NCBI GenBank assembly: GCA_030390025.1
Contig: CM059431.1
Span: forward strand, 143,098,001-143,162,000
Direction of reading: 5' to 3'
Length of the DNA stretch: 64,000 bases
Origin: Squalus acanthias
Lineage: Eukaryota
Of this stretch, positions 39,690-52,320 are shown one piece after another. The translations under genes and the position numbers were made by a program. Under the pieces are notes generated by a model that worked only from the letters and a program-made list of their open reading frames with translations, was not told where the DNA came from and searched no databases. How positions within the stretch are numbered: the stretch's first letter is position 1; every line of letters starts with the position of its first letter.

Positions 39690-40190
39690 TCTACTAGAAG
39701 AATTATCACCAGTACGCTTTTATCGACACCAACACCTTGGCTGCCCGTGCTTGCAAACATCACACCACCACACCTAAGCCGCGAATATGCAGTGTCCATA
39801 GAATACAACCGCTACACCAGCAAAGACATGCCAATCCAGGCCGACTTGAACAATCTAGCACCAAACCGTCTCTAATCTAGAAGGCTATATTGGACCGTGG
39901 CCAAAGCCCTTCAGCGATCTCCCCTCAGCCTTGATGACTGATGGCGAAATGCTTGGAAGCATTGTGACGTACGGAATGGATTGCTTATAGAGGATCCCAA
40001 AGTACAAACTGAAGGATCAAACCTTCCTCGCAAACAGTGGACAACCATCAACCGCCTCAGAACCGGTCGCCACCTTCTAATTAGAAGGAAGATTAAAACA
40101 TCCCCATCATGAGACAGACTGTGAAGCTCCTAATCAGACCCTGGAGAACAGCATTGAGCACTGCCCTCAGAGGAAATTCGTAGGCAGCAT
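39690..40190 (+). mobile_element. RTE-like LINE 3' fragment
   Basis: Encodes STPTPWLPVLANITPPHLSR and QWTTINRLRTG-like motifs. Confidence 0.55.
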
Positions 40191-40194
40191 AAAT

Positions 40195-40665
40195 AAGAAT
40201 ATAAGAAATAGGAGCAGGATTAGGCCATTTGGCCCTTCGAGCCTGCTCAACAATTCAATAAGATTTATGTTATACTTCTACCTCATCTCAACTTTCCTGC
40301 ATTATCCCCATATCTCTTGATTCCCTTAATATTCAAAAATCTATCGATCTCTGTCTTGAATGTACTCAACGACTCAGCCAATTCCAAAGATTCGCCACCC
40401 TCTGAGTGAAGACATTTATTCTCATTTCAGTCCTAAATGGCAGACCCCTTATTTTGAGACTGTGACCCCTGGTTCTGGACTCCCCAGCCAGGGAAAACAT
40501 CCTCCCTACATTTACCCAGTCAAGCCCTGTAAGAATTGTGCATGTTTCAATTAGATCATCTCTCATTCTTCTAAACTCTAGAGAATATTGGCCTAGTCTA
40601 GTCAATCAGACCTCATAGGACAATCTCCCCATCCCAGGAACCAGTCTGGTGAACCTTCGTTGTAA
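40195..40665 (-). mobile_element. CR1 3' fragment
   Basis: ORF 40366-40605: LGQYSLEFRRMRDDLIET..FTQRVANLWN. Confidence 0.85.
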
Positions 40666-41109
40666 GAAATCCATGCTGTTACACTGGAATTTTTGGCATT
40701 GATATCTGATTTAGATATTGACATTGGATTTGCTTTGCTACTACCATACGAAAGAAGAAGTATCGACTACCTTATATTTATGGTCCCTAATTATAATCTC
40801 CTCTACAAGTGGAAACATCTGCTCTACTTCTACCCTGTAGAACCACTTCATCATTTTAAAGAGCTCTGTTAGCTCACTTTTCAATCATCTCTTTTCCAGA
40901 TGAAAGAGCCCCAGCGACTCCAGCCTTTCTTGATAAATAACATAGATAATAATAGATGAATAAATACATGCTACAAGGGTTTTATTTCACGGATATAATC
41001 ATAAACCATTGCCTTTATAAACCAGGAGTCAGCATTCCAATTCCCTTTAGGCCTGGAGTCAATTGGTTCTTTTAAAAAGTGCTGGATAAATGTTTGCACT
41101 TTAATGTGT

Positions 41110-43135
41110 TTGGAGGTTATGGGGAGAGATACAAACTGTGCGAGTAATTCTATTGGTGTTTACAGGGACATGTATGGACTGAGAAGGCAGTGGGATTGGA
41201 GGTTATGGGGAGAGATACAAACTGTGAAAGTAATTCTGTTGGTGTTTACAGGGACAGTTATGAACTGAGAAGGCAGTGGGATTGGAGGTTATGCGGAGCC
41301 GCCGACTGTTATGGGAATAGAACCGGAAATTGTTGCGATTAAAGCAGAATGAGGTGAGAATGAGGCTGGAGGTTATGCCGGGAGATACAGATTGGGTGTG
41401 ATTGCAGGTTATAGGGACAGGTACAGACTGAGATGTGAGTGTGATTGGAGGTTATAGGGACAGGAACAGATTGAGATGTGAGTGTGATTGGAGGTTATAG
41501 GGACAGGTACAGAATGAGATGTGAGTGTGATTGGAAGTTATAGGGACAGGTACAGAATGAGATGTGAGTGTGATTGGATGGTAAAGCGACAGGTACAGAC
41601 TGAGAGGTGAGTGTGATTTGATGTTAAAGCGACAGTTACAGACTGAGATGTGAGTGTGATTGGAGGTTATCGGGACAGGTACAGACTGAGATGGGAGTGT
41701 GATTGGAGGTTATAGGGAGAGGTACAGTCTGAGATGTGAATGTGATTGGAGGTTATGGGGACAGGTACAGACTGAGATGTGAGTGTGATTGGATGTTAAA
41801 CCGACAGGTACAGACTGAGATGTGAGTGTGATTGGATGTTATAGCGAAAGTTACAGACTGAGATATGAGTGTGATTGGATGTTATAGCGACAGTTATAAA
41901 CTGAGATGTGAGAGTGATTGCAGGTTATAGGGACTGGTACAGGCTGAAATGTTAGTGTGATTGGAGGTTATAGGGTCAGGTACAGACTGAGGTGGGAGTG
42001 TGATTCCTGGTTATGGAGAGAGGTACAGACTGAGATGTGAGTGTGATTGGAGGTTATATAGAGAGGTATAGACTGAGAAGTGAGTGTAATTGGAGGTTAT
42101 GGGGACAGGTACAGACTGAGATGTGAATGTGATTGGAGGTTATGGGGACAGGTACAGACTGAGATGTGTGTGTGATTGGAGGTTATGGGGACAGGTACAG
42201 ACTGAGATGGGAGTGTGATTGGAGGTTATAGGGACAGGTACAGACTGAGATGGGAGTGTGATTGGAGGTTATGAAGAGAGGTACAGACTGAGCTGTAAGT
42301 GTGATTGGAGGTTATAGTGTCAGGTACAGACTGAGATGTGAGTGTGATTCCTGGTTATGGAGAGAGGTACAGACTGAGATGTGAGTGTGATTGGAGGTTA
42401 TAGCGACAGGTACAGTCTGCGATGTGACTGTGATTGGAGGTTATGGGGACAGGTACAGGCTGAGATGTGAGAGTGATTGGAGGTTATGGGGACAGGTACA
42501 CAATGAGATGTGAGTGTGATTCCTGGTTATGCGGACAGGTACAGACTGAGGTGTGAGTGTGATTCCTGGTTATGGAGACAGGTACAGACTGAGATTTGAG
42601 TGTGATTGGAGGTTATGGAGAGAGTTACAAACTGAGATGGGAGTGTGATTGGAGGTTATGGAGAGAGGTACACACTGAGATGTGAGTGTGATTCCTGGTT
42701 ATGGGGACAGGTACAGACTGAGATGTGAGTTTGATTGAAGGTTATGGAGAGAGTTACAGACTGAGATGGGAGTGTGATTGGAGGTTATGGAGAGAGGTAC
42801 AGATTGAGATGTGAGTGTGATTCCTGGTTATGGGGAGAGGTACAGATTGAGATGTGATTGTGATTCCTGGTTATGGAGACAGGTACAGACTGAGCTGTGA
42901 GTGTGATTGGAGGTTATGGAGAGAGTTACAGACTGAGATGGGAGTGTGATTGGAGGTTATGGAGAGAGGTACAGACTGAGATGTGAGTGTGATTCCTGGT
43001 TATGGGGAGAGGTACAGATTGAGATGTGAGTGTGATTCCTGGTTATGGAGATAGGTACAGACTGAGATGTGAGTGTGATTGGAGGTTATGGAGAGAGGTA
43101 CAGGCTGAGATTTGAGTGTGATTGGTGGTTTTCAG
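41110..43135. repeat. 43-bp intronic minisatellite (GGAGGTTATGGGGACAGGTACAGACTGAGATGTGAGTGTGATT)
   Basis: About 40 tandem copies plus degenerate leading units. Confidence 0.95.
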
Positions 43136-43206
43136 CTTGTGTTTGCTGAAAGATGCATCTCAATCTCTGTGCAAATAACATGCCTAAAGCATGAGTCGAA
43201 ACTTAC

Positions 43207-43377
43207 CTTTAGAAGTTGTTATCCTAGGTATTTGATGCAGTTCACTGTAGAGCCTCTCACGTAGCACCTCCACCAAATTCACCTCCTTGTTCTCTGCTGA
43301 TATCTTGGCTGAGTTCCGACAAGAGGATCTGAAGGCTAAGATGTAGAAAACCAACTTGTCTATGGGAAAGTCTTCAC
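43207..43377 (-). CDS. Exon 3, transcobalamin-like alpha domain
   Basis: CCGCCAG|GT..AAAG|GTAAGT, 171 nt, phase 1->1. GEDFPIDKLVFYILAFRSSCRNSAKISAENKEVNLVEVLRERLYSELHQIPRITTSK matches the family GQLALY.LAL.SSC.DP....V.L...L; not in the ORF track. Confidence 0.9.
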
Positions 43378-44329
43378 CTGGCGGCAGAGGAACAAACGAG
43401 ATTCAGTTTGTTCTGACTGGGTCCATCAATACCTAACTGGTTAGTGATTATAAATCCCTCCTCTACACTCTGAAGACTTGTATTAATATTCCACCTCATT
43501 TTAACTCTCAAAAACAACTCAAAGTGCTTCACGTGTAATACATTATTTGAAGTGCAGACACCCTTGTTATATCGACCAATTCTGGAGCCATTTTGTGGAC
43601 AGCAATATCCCACAAACAGCAAAGAAGTGAATAGCCAGGTAACCTGTTCTAAATTCTTCACCAGCGACACGGTAAATGGATTAACTGGTAATGTATTTCA
43701 TTGGTACTTGTGGCATCTTGTGTCCAATTGTTTGTCGAGGTTGTCTATGAAAGATAAATGGCTGCATTTCATTGGCTGTGAAACAACTGCACAAGAGAAA
43801 TGTAAGTTTCTCCCCCTTCACTCTCCTTCTCTCTTTAAATTACTTTGGGTGTTAGCTGGGGAATAAATGTTGGTCAAGACCCCGGCAGCACTCTCCCTTC
43901 TTGTTCCAATAAAGCCGTTTCATCTTCAAATTCCACAAGAAAAGATTCAGGGGATAATTTTAGATTTAGACGATGTTGTAAAATAGGCGACTCCGATTAG
44001 GCCGCCGATTAAAGATCCCGCCCGATTTTCACCTCCATTGGAAAGAAAAATCAAGCATGGTGTAAAAGGGCAGCTAATGCAATTTCGAGCAGGGGACAGT
44101 GTAATGATTTCTGATTTCAAAACAACGAGAGAGCAAGAAGCAGAACCACCGTGCAGGATGGGGGATATAGGGTTCAGGTGGAAGAACAAGGGAATGTTTA
44201 GAGCTGCTAAAATTCCCATCATAGTATCAGGAACAAAGGTGGTGCAAGAAATGTCAGCTCGGCCCATTCACCTGAGGGCAGAATTCCAGCGAGAAGTCTC
44301 CCTCCCTCCCTCTCTTCATCTTCCTCTGT

Positions 44330-44376
44330 ATGTGTCTGTTTCCCTCTTTCTCCATCTCACTCTTTCTCTTTCTCAA

Positions 44377-44409
<33 letters not shown>

Positions 44410-44625
44410 GACTCGGATATATATGCACACACATACACATATAAACACAAACAGACACGTATACACTCACAGAAACACATATACATACAGAAGCACAGAC
44501 ACAGAAACGCATAGACATACACACACACAATTGCAAAGAAACCCACGGAACGATATACACAAAGAAACATGGAAACACACACACACATAAACATATACAC
44601 ACAAACACACGCAAACATATACAGA
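44330..44625. repeat. (CT)/(CA)-rich microsatellite
   Basis: Degenerate dinucleotide runs. Confidence 0.85.
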
Positions 44626-45306
44626 AACTTCAATGGCACATTGCTGCAAGTTAATCCGTGGGATCTTGATTCAAATGGTTGTGAAATTGTAGACTGTAAT
44701 AAAGTGAACTGCACTGTGGAAAAGATGTAGAATTGCATGAGGTGTGTCAACTTTCAACATTGGCTCTCATAAAATGGGCGCCATCGACAGTCATATAAGC
44801 TGCTATTTTTAAATTACCCTGTTTATTTTAAATGGACGAAATCCTCTATTCGGAACATTGGAATTTCTGGGGAGACTAAAGACCAAGGTGCATCTAATTC
44901 TGCTTCTACTATCCTTGTAGTCGCATGACAATGGGGTTGTTGTATAATAATAGTAATCAGTCTCTATAAATTAGTTTTCAACAGACACAGACACGAGGCG
45001 AGGAATACCCAGTGCTGGTGAGCTTTGTGAACCATAGGTCCAAAATCACCGGTTCCTCCCAAGCACGCTACACTGACCATGTGTAAAGTCTCAAATTACA
45101 CTTATACTCTATCTCAAATGTTACGTTTTGATGTCAAACAGAGTAATACGACATGAACGGGCTAGAAGTTGGGTCACTATTATCATGGGGCCATTCTTAG
45201 GTTCAAATTTCCTTCATTAACAATAGTTTGCCAGCCACTCATCCTGTCAACAGTAATAAAGATTTAATCCAGATACATCCACATTACCTAATAGTTGACT
45301 CCTTAC

Positions 45307-45489
45307 CTGATCCAACATTTCTAACAGCCGCCTCAGTCAGCCTTCGGAGAATGTCTTGTTCACTCTGCAGATCATTCTCACTCCCCAGGCGCAGGACAAT
45401 GAAAGCCCCGGGGTCTGGCTCCACGGACAGATCACTCAGTTTCCTCTCTATACTCCGAAGAAGTGATTTCTGCTGATTATCTGGAGCCG
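45307..45489 (-). CDS. Exon 2, transcobalamin-like alpha domain
   Basis: GATTCCAG|CG..TCAG|GTAAGG, 183 nt, phase 1->1. TAPDNQQKSLLRSIERKLSDLSVEPDPGAFIVLRLGSENDLQSEQDILRRLTEAAVRNVGS matches the family PNPS..I.LRL...HNL..E. Confidence 0.85.
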
Positions 45490-45559
45490 CTGGAATCCAC
45501 AACCCAATTATTAATCCACTCGCGTGTAATGGACATTAAGATAGCAGTAACACTTAAAG

Positions 45560-46520
45560 AGCTTGAGGATAATCAGAAGGCGCATGTGGTCGGTGAACAC
45601 AACATATGAACTTACAGTAAGAACATGCATTGTGGTAAACAGTGAAGAGGATAGTAGCAGACTTCAGGAGGACACAGACAGACTGGTGCAATGGGCAGTC
45701 ACATTGTAGATGACATTCAATGCAGAGAAACCTGAAATGGTGCATTTTGAAAGAAGAATGAGGAGAGGTAATATAAACTAAATAGTACAATTGTATTCGG
45801 GGCGCAGGAAGAGAGAGACCTCGGGTTCACGTACACAAATCTTTGAAGGTGGAAGGACATATTGACAAATCTTTTTAAAAAAATGACGGGATCCTTGGCT
45901 TTCCAAATAGAGGCACAGAGTAGAAAAGCAATGAATTTGTGGCAAACATTTATAAATCATTAGTTATGCCTCAGTTAGTGCATTGTGTCCAATTCTGGGC
46001 AACAAACTTTAGTCAAGGCCTTGGAGAGGGTGCAGAGGAGATTTACCAGAATGGTAGCAGCGATGAGGGACTTCAGTTATGTGGAGAGACTAGACAAGCT
46101 GGGGTTGTTCTCCTTAGAGCAGAGAGTATTAAAGGGCGATTTAATAGAGGTGATCAATATTATGGAGGTGTTTGATAGAGTAAATAAGAAGAAATTTCTT
46201 CCACTTGCAGGAGCTTGTCGATCACACAGATTTAAGGTAATTGGCAAAAGAACCAGAGGGTAAATTAGGAGATTTTTTGAATGCAGCGATGTTGTTGCGG
46301 TCTGGAATGCAGTCCCTGAAACGGTGCTGGAAGCATCTTCCATAGTAACTGTCAAAAGGGGTTTGGAATGTGTTCTTGAGGGGAGAAAAATGCAGGGCCT
46401 GGGGAAAGAGCAGGGTGGGTGGGACTGATTACACTTTCAAAGAGCAGGCAGAGGTACGATGGGCCGAATGGGCTCCTTCTGTACGATAAGATTCTAAGTT
46501 TCTATAATTCTATGATTCTA
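45560..46520 (+). mobile_element. CR1 3' fragment
   Basis: IYKSLVMPQLVHCVQFW / ALERVQRRFTRMV..LGLFSLEQR; TCTATGATTC-type tail. Confidence 0.85.
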
Positions 46521-46600
46521 AATTATGATAAAAACTCAGCTTAACGATAAACATCAGGTTTAGATTAAACATTGGGCACTAAACAACAAATCGCACTTAC

Positions 46601-46670
46601 TGCATTGCTGGGATGTTGCCGGGTACGAGGCACTGAAGAGCAGGAGTGTGAGGGTCATCACCGGGGGCAT
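46601..46670 (-). CDS. Exon 1 (signal peptide) of transcobalamin-alpha/mucin gene
   Basis: ACAATGC start; MPPVMTLTLLLFSASYPATSQQC then |GTAAGT, 70 nt, phase 1; hydrophobic core plus the first conserved Cys. Confidence 0.75.
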
Positions 46671-46759
46671 TGTTGACCGTGAGCTGCGGGCCCTGTGTTA
46701 GACCCTCCTGAGTGCAGTAGGGAGGTAGACTGGGCAGCGTGACTTGGACTGTAACCGGG

Positions 46760-46830
46760 AAACTGGACGGTTTGGCTCAGTGGGCTGGTTCACCTTTTAA
46801 CGCGGCGGTCGGAGGCGGGCTTTAAGTGTT
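46760..46830 (-). promoter_or_regulatory. Putative core promoter
   Basis: TATA-like TTAAAA (46795-46800, minus strand) and GC-box-like CCCGCCTCC about 130 bp upstream of the ATG. Confidence 0.3.
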
Positions 46831-47059
46831 ATGGAGTGAAGCAGTCTGTGGTGATATCAGAAATCGGGTCATTTCGGAAGTGCTCCGTCATTGGAATGCA
46901 ATTTATTTCATCTAAACAGCAGGTTACACCCACTCCGCGCTCACTGCCAGGCACAAGAAACAATCCCTGTAAACTGAGGCAGCCTCACGTTTTCTCACTC
47001 AATGCCACCGAGTGTTTAACTTGCTTTGTTTTGCGCAGTCTTTCAGGAACAGCAGTGTA

Positions 47060-47520
47060 GGAAATGTGTTTCGGAACATTAAAAACCGGAGCAGGTTATT
47101 CAGCTCCTTGAACCTGATCCGCTCTTCAGTCAGATCATGGCTGATCTGCACCTCAACTCCATTCACCCGCCTTTGCTCCATATCCGGCGGTGCCCCGACC
47201 TAGAGAAACATGTTGGTCTCAGTCCTGAAATCTACAATTGACCCCCAGCATCCACAGCCTTTTGCGGGAGCGAGTTACAGATTTCCACTACCCAGTCTGT
47301 GAAAAAACACTTCCGGATTTCACTCCTCAACAGCCTGGCTCCAATTTTAAGTTTGTGTTCCCTTATTCGAGATCCCCCCACCAAAGGAACTTGTTTCTCC
47401 CTATCTGCCCCATCGGAACATTTTATAATTTCAAACATCTCGATGAGATCACCCTCAATCTTCTAAATACAAGGGAATTGAAGGCAAGTTTAAGCGAACT
47501 GTCCAATGAATTTAACCCGT
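47060..47520 (-). mobile_element. CR1 3' fragment
   Basis: ORF 47232-47438: SRIREHKLKI..RKCFFTDWVVEICNSLPQKAV. Confidence 0.75.
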
Positions 47521-47624
47521 TGTAGTTCTGAGTTAAAACAAAACTGCAGCAAATATCAGGGTGAATTGTTCTGTTTCTTGGGGCTGCAAGAAAGTGGGGA
47601 TTCAGAATCTTAATTTAAACGCAG

Positions 47625-47672
47625 CGCCTGAACAGGGACTTGAACCCTGACCCTCAGATTAAAAGTCAGATG
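47625..47672 (-). pseudogene. tRNA-Lys(UUU) 3' two-thirds fragment abutting a Deu-SINE fragment (47671-47750)
   Basis: Reverse strand CATCTGACTTTTAATCTGAGGGTCAGGGTTCAAGTCCCTGTTCAGGCG. Confidence 0.75.
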
Positions 47673-47984
47673 AGATGTTAAACCATTGCCTCGCCTGCCC
47701 TTCCCGGTGGACACTGAAGATCCCTCCGCAATATTGGAAGAGGATCAGGGGCTCAATCGAAACAGCCGCCTGTTAAAGTCTGCACCCGATTTTCCATCCC
47801 ATTCCATTCAATTTTAAGGAAAATCAGGCAGCTAATTCGACATCGGTCGTTTAGAACATCTCCCGAAATTCAAATTCATGTGTACAAATTCCTCTTAGAG
47901 GTCAGCTCTACAGGGTCACTATCGCATCGGCTGCCTGTTCTACCCGCCGCTTCATATTCAATTCTCGTGAAGACAATGGAGCTC

Positions 47985-48510
47985 AATATCAGGTGGGGAG
48001 TGTAGGGCCGATAATGGGACTGAATATCAGGCAGGGAGTGTTGGGGTGATAATGGGACTGAATATCAGGTGGGGAGTGTAGGGGCCGATAATGGGACTCA
48101 ATATCAGGCGGGGAGTGTAGGGGCCGATAATGCGACTGAATATCAGGCGGGGAGTGTAAGGGCCGATAATGGGACTGAATATCAGGTGGGGAGTGTAGGG
48201 GCCGATAATGGGACTGAATATCAGGTGGGGAGTGTAGGGGGCTGATATTGGGACTGAATAACAGGCAGGGAGTGTAGGGGCCGATAATGGGACTGAATAT
48301 CAGCCGGAGAGTGTAGGGCGGCTGATAATGGGACTGAATATCAGGCGGAGAGTGTAGGGCGGCTGATAATGGCGCTGAATATCAGGCGGGGAGTGTAGGG
48401 CGGCTGATAATGGGACTGAACATCAGGCGGTGAGTGTAGGGCGGCCGATACCGGGACTGAATATCAGGCGGGGAGTGTAGGGCGGCCGATAATGGCGCTG
48501 AACATGAGGC
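47985..48510. repeat. 39-41-bp minisatellite (GAATATCAGGCGGGGAGTGTAGGGGCCGATAATGGGACT)
   Basis: About 13 tandem copies. Confidence 0.95.
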
Positions 48511-48514
48511 AGTC

Positions 48515-51500
48515 CTGCCCAATCAGTACATTGTGAGCCTGTCCCTCTCTCGTTGCTCCCCAATCAGTACATTGTGAGCCTGTCCCTCTCTCAGTGCTGG
48601 TCAATCAGCACATTGTGAGCTTTTCCCTCTCTCAGCGCTGCCCAATCAGTACATTGTGAGTCTGTCCCTCTCTCAGTGCTGCACAATCAGTACAGTGTGA
48701 GCCTGTCCCTCTCAGTGCTGCCCTATCAGTACATTGTGATCTTGTCCCTCTCTCAGTGCTGCCCAATCAGTACATTGTGAGACTGTGCCTCTCAGTGCTG
48801 CCCAATCAGAACATTGTGTGCCTGTCCCTGTCTCAGTGCTGTCCAATCAGTATATTGTGAGCCTTTCCCTCTCTCAGTGCTGCACAATCAGTACATTGTG
48901 AGTCTGTCCCTCTCTCAGTGCTGCCCAATAAGTACATTGTGAGCCTGTCCCTCTCCCAGTGCTGCCCAATCAGTACATTGTGAGTCTCTCCCTCGCTCAG
49001 TGCTGCCCAATAAGTACATTGTGAGCCTGTCCCTCTCTCAGTGCTGCCCAATCAGTACATTGTGAGGCTGTCCCTCTCTCAGTGCTGCCCTATCAGTACA
49101 TTTTGAGCCTGTCCCCCTCTCAGTGCTGCCCAATCAGTACATTGTGACCCTGTGCCTCTCTCAATGCTGCCCAATCAGTACATTGTGAGTCTGTCCCTCT
49201 CAGAGTGCTGCCCATTCAGTACATTGTCAGCCTGTCCCTCTATCAGTGATGCCCAATCAGTACATTGTGAGTCTGTCCCTCTCTCAGTGCTGCCCAATCA
49301 GTACATTGTGAGCCTGTCCCTCTCTCAGTGACGCCCAATCAGTAAATTGTGAGTCTGTCCCTCACTCAGTGCTGCCCCATCAGTACATTGTGAGTCTGTC
49401 CCTCTCTTATTGCTGCCCAATTAGTACATTGTGAGCCTGTCCCCCTCTCAGTGCTGCCCAATCAGTACATTGTGAGCCTGTCCCCCTCTCACTGCTGCCC
49501 AATCAGTACATTGTGAGCCTGTCCCTCTCTCAGTGCTGGTCAATCAGCACATTGTGAGCTTTTCCCTCTCTCAGCGCTGCCCAATCATACATTGTGAGTC
49601 TGTCCCTCTCTCACTGCTGCACAATCAGTACATTGTGAGCCTGTCCCTCTCAGTGCTGCCCAATCAGTACATTGTGATCTTGTCCCTCTCTCAGTGCTGC
49701 CCAATCAGTACATTGTGAGCCTGTGCCTCTCAGTGCTGCCCAATCAGTACATTGTGTGCCTGTCCTTCTCTCCGTTCTGCCAAATCAGTACATTGTGAGA
49801 CTGTCCCCCTCTCAGTGCTGCACAATCAGTACACTGTGAGTCTTTCCCCCTCTCAGTGCTGGTCAATCAGCACATTGTGAGCTTTTCCCTCTCTCAGTGC
49901 TGCCCAATCAATACATTGTGAGCCTGTCCCTCTCTCAGTGCTTCCCAATCAGCACATTGTGAGCTTGTCCCTCTCTCAGTGCTGCCCAATCAGTACATTG
50001 TGAGCCTGTCCATCTCAGTGCTGCCCAATCAGTACATTGCGTGCCTGTCCATCTCTCCGTGTGCCCAATCAGTACATTGTGAGCCTGTCCCTTTCTCCGT
50101 GCTGGTCAATCAGTCCATTGTGAGCCTGTCCCCCTCTCTCAGTGCTGCCCAATCAGTACATTGTGAGCCTGTCCCTCTCAGTGCTGCCCAATCATTACAT
50201 TGTGAGGCTGTCCCTCTCTCAGCGCTGCCCAATCAGTACATTGTGAGCCTGTCCCTCTCTCAATGCTGCCCAATAAGTACATTGTGAGCCTGTCCCTCTC
50301 AGTGCTGCCCAATCAGTACATTGTGAGGCTGTCCCGCTCTCACTGCTGCCTATCAGTACATTTTGAGCCTGTCCCCCTCTCAGTGCTGCCCAATCAGTAC
50401 ATTTTGAGCCTGTCCCCATCTCAGTGCTGCCCTCTCAGTACATTTTGAGCCTGTCCCCCTCTCAGTGCTGCCCAATCAGTACATTGTGACCCTGTGCCTC
50501 TCTCAATGCTGCCCAATCAGTACATTGTGAGTCTGTCCCTCTCAGAGTGCTGCCCATTCAGTACATTGTGAGCCTGTCCCTCTATCAGTGATGCCCAATC
50601 AGTACATTGTGAGTCTGTCCCTCTCAGTGCTGCCCAATCAGTACATTGTGAGCCTGTCCCTCTCTCAGTGACGCCCAATCAGTACATTGTGAGTCTGTCC
50701 CTCACTCAGTGCTGCCCAATCAGTGCATTGTGAACCTGTCCCTCTCTCAGTGCTGCCCAATCAGTACATTGTGAGTCTGTTCCCCTCTCAGTGCTGCCCA
50801 ATCAGTACATTGTGAGACTGTCCCCCTCTTTCAGTGCTGCCCAATCAGTACATTGTGAGCCTGTCCCTCTCTCAGTGCTGCTCAATCAGTACATTGTGAG
50901 CCAGTCTCTCTCTCAGTGCTGGTCAATCAGTACATTGTGAGCCTGTCCCTGTCTCAGTGCTGCCAATCAGTACATTGTGAGCCTCTTCCTCTCTCAGTGC
51001 TCCCCAATCAGTACATTGTGAGCCTGTCCCTCTCTCAGTGCTGGTCAATCAGCACATTGTGAACTTTTCCCTCTCTCAGCGCTGCCCAATCAGTACATTG
51101 TGAGTCTGTCCCTCTCAGTGCTGCCCAATCAGTACATTGTGATCTTGTTCCTCTCTCAGTGCTGCCCAATCAGTACATTGTGAGCCTGTGCCTCTCAGTG
51201 CTGCCCAATCAGAACATTGTGTGCCTGTCCTTCTCTCCTGCTGCCAAATCAGTACATTGTGAGCATGTCCCTCTCCAGTGCTGTCCAATCAGTATATTGT
51301 GAGCCTTTCCCTCTCTCAGTGCTGCACAATCAGTACATTGTGAGTCTGTCCCTCTCTCAGTGCTGCCCAATAAGTACATTGTGAGCCTGTCCCTCTCCCA
51401 GTGCTTCCCAATCATTACATTGTGAGTCTGTCCCTCTATCAGTGCTGCCCAATCAGTACAATGTGAGCCTGTCCCTCTCTCAGTGACGCCCAATCAGTAC

Positions 51501-52320
51501 ATTGTGAGTCTGTCCCTCTCTCAGTGCTGCCCAATCAGTACATTGTGAGTCTGTCCCTCTCTCAGTGCTGTTCAATCAGTACATTGTGAGCCTGTCCCTC
51601 TCTCAGTGCTGCACAATCAGTACTTTGTGAGCCTGTGCCTCTCTCAGTGCTGCCCAATCAATACATTGTGACCCTGTCCCTCTCTCAGTGCTGCCCAATC
51701 AGTACATTGTGAGCCTGACCCCCTCTCAGTGCTGCCCAATCAGTACATTGTGATCCTGTCCCCCTCTCCGTTCTGCCCAATCAGTACATTGTGAGCCTGT
51801 CCCTCTCTCAGTGATGGTCAAATAGTAAATTGTGAGCCTGTTCCCCTCTCAGTGCTGACCAATCAGTACATTGTGAGCCTGTCCCTTTCAGTGCTGCCCA
51901 ATCAGTACATTGTGAGCCTGGCCTTCTCTCAGTGCTGCCCAATCAGTACATTTTGAGCCTGTCCCTCTCTCTCAGTGCTGCCCAATCAGTACATTGTGAG
52001 CCTGTCCCTCTCTCAGTGCTGCCCAATCAGTACATTTTGAGCCTATCCCCCACTCTCAGTGCTGCCCAATCAGAACATTGTGAGCCTGTCCCTCTCTCAG
52101 TGCTGCCCAATCAGTACATTTTGAGCCTGTCCCCCTCTCTCAGTGCTGCCCAATCAGTACATTGTGAGCCTGCCCCTCTCTCAGTGCTGCCCAATCAGTA
52201 CATTGTGAGCCTGTCCCCCTCTCTCAGTGCTGCCCAATCAGTACATTGTGAGCCTGTCCCTCTCTCAGTGCTGCCCAATCAGTACATTGTGAGCCTGTCC
52301 CTCTCTCAGTGCTGCCCAAT
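48515..52320. repeat. ~41-bp minisatellite (CAGTGCTGCCCAATCAGTACATTGTGAGCCTGTCCCTCTCT)
   Basis: About 90 tandem copies. Confidence 0.97.
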
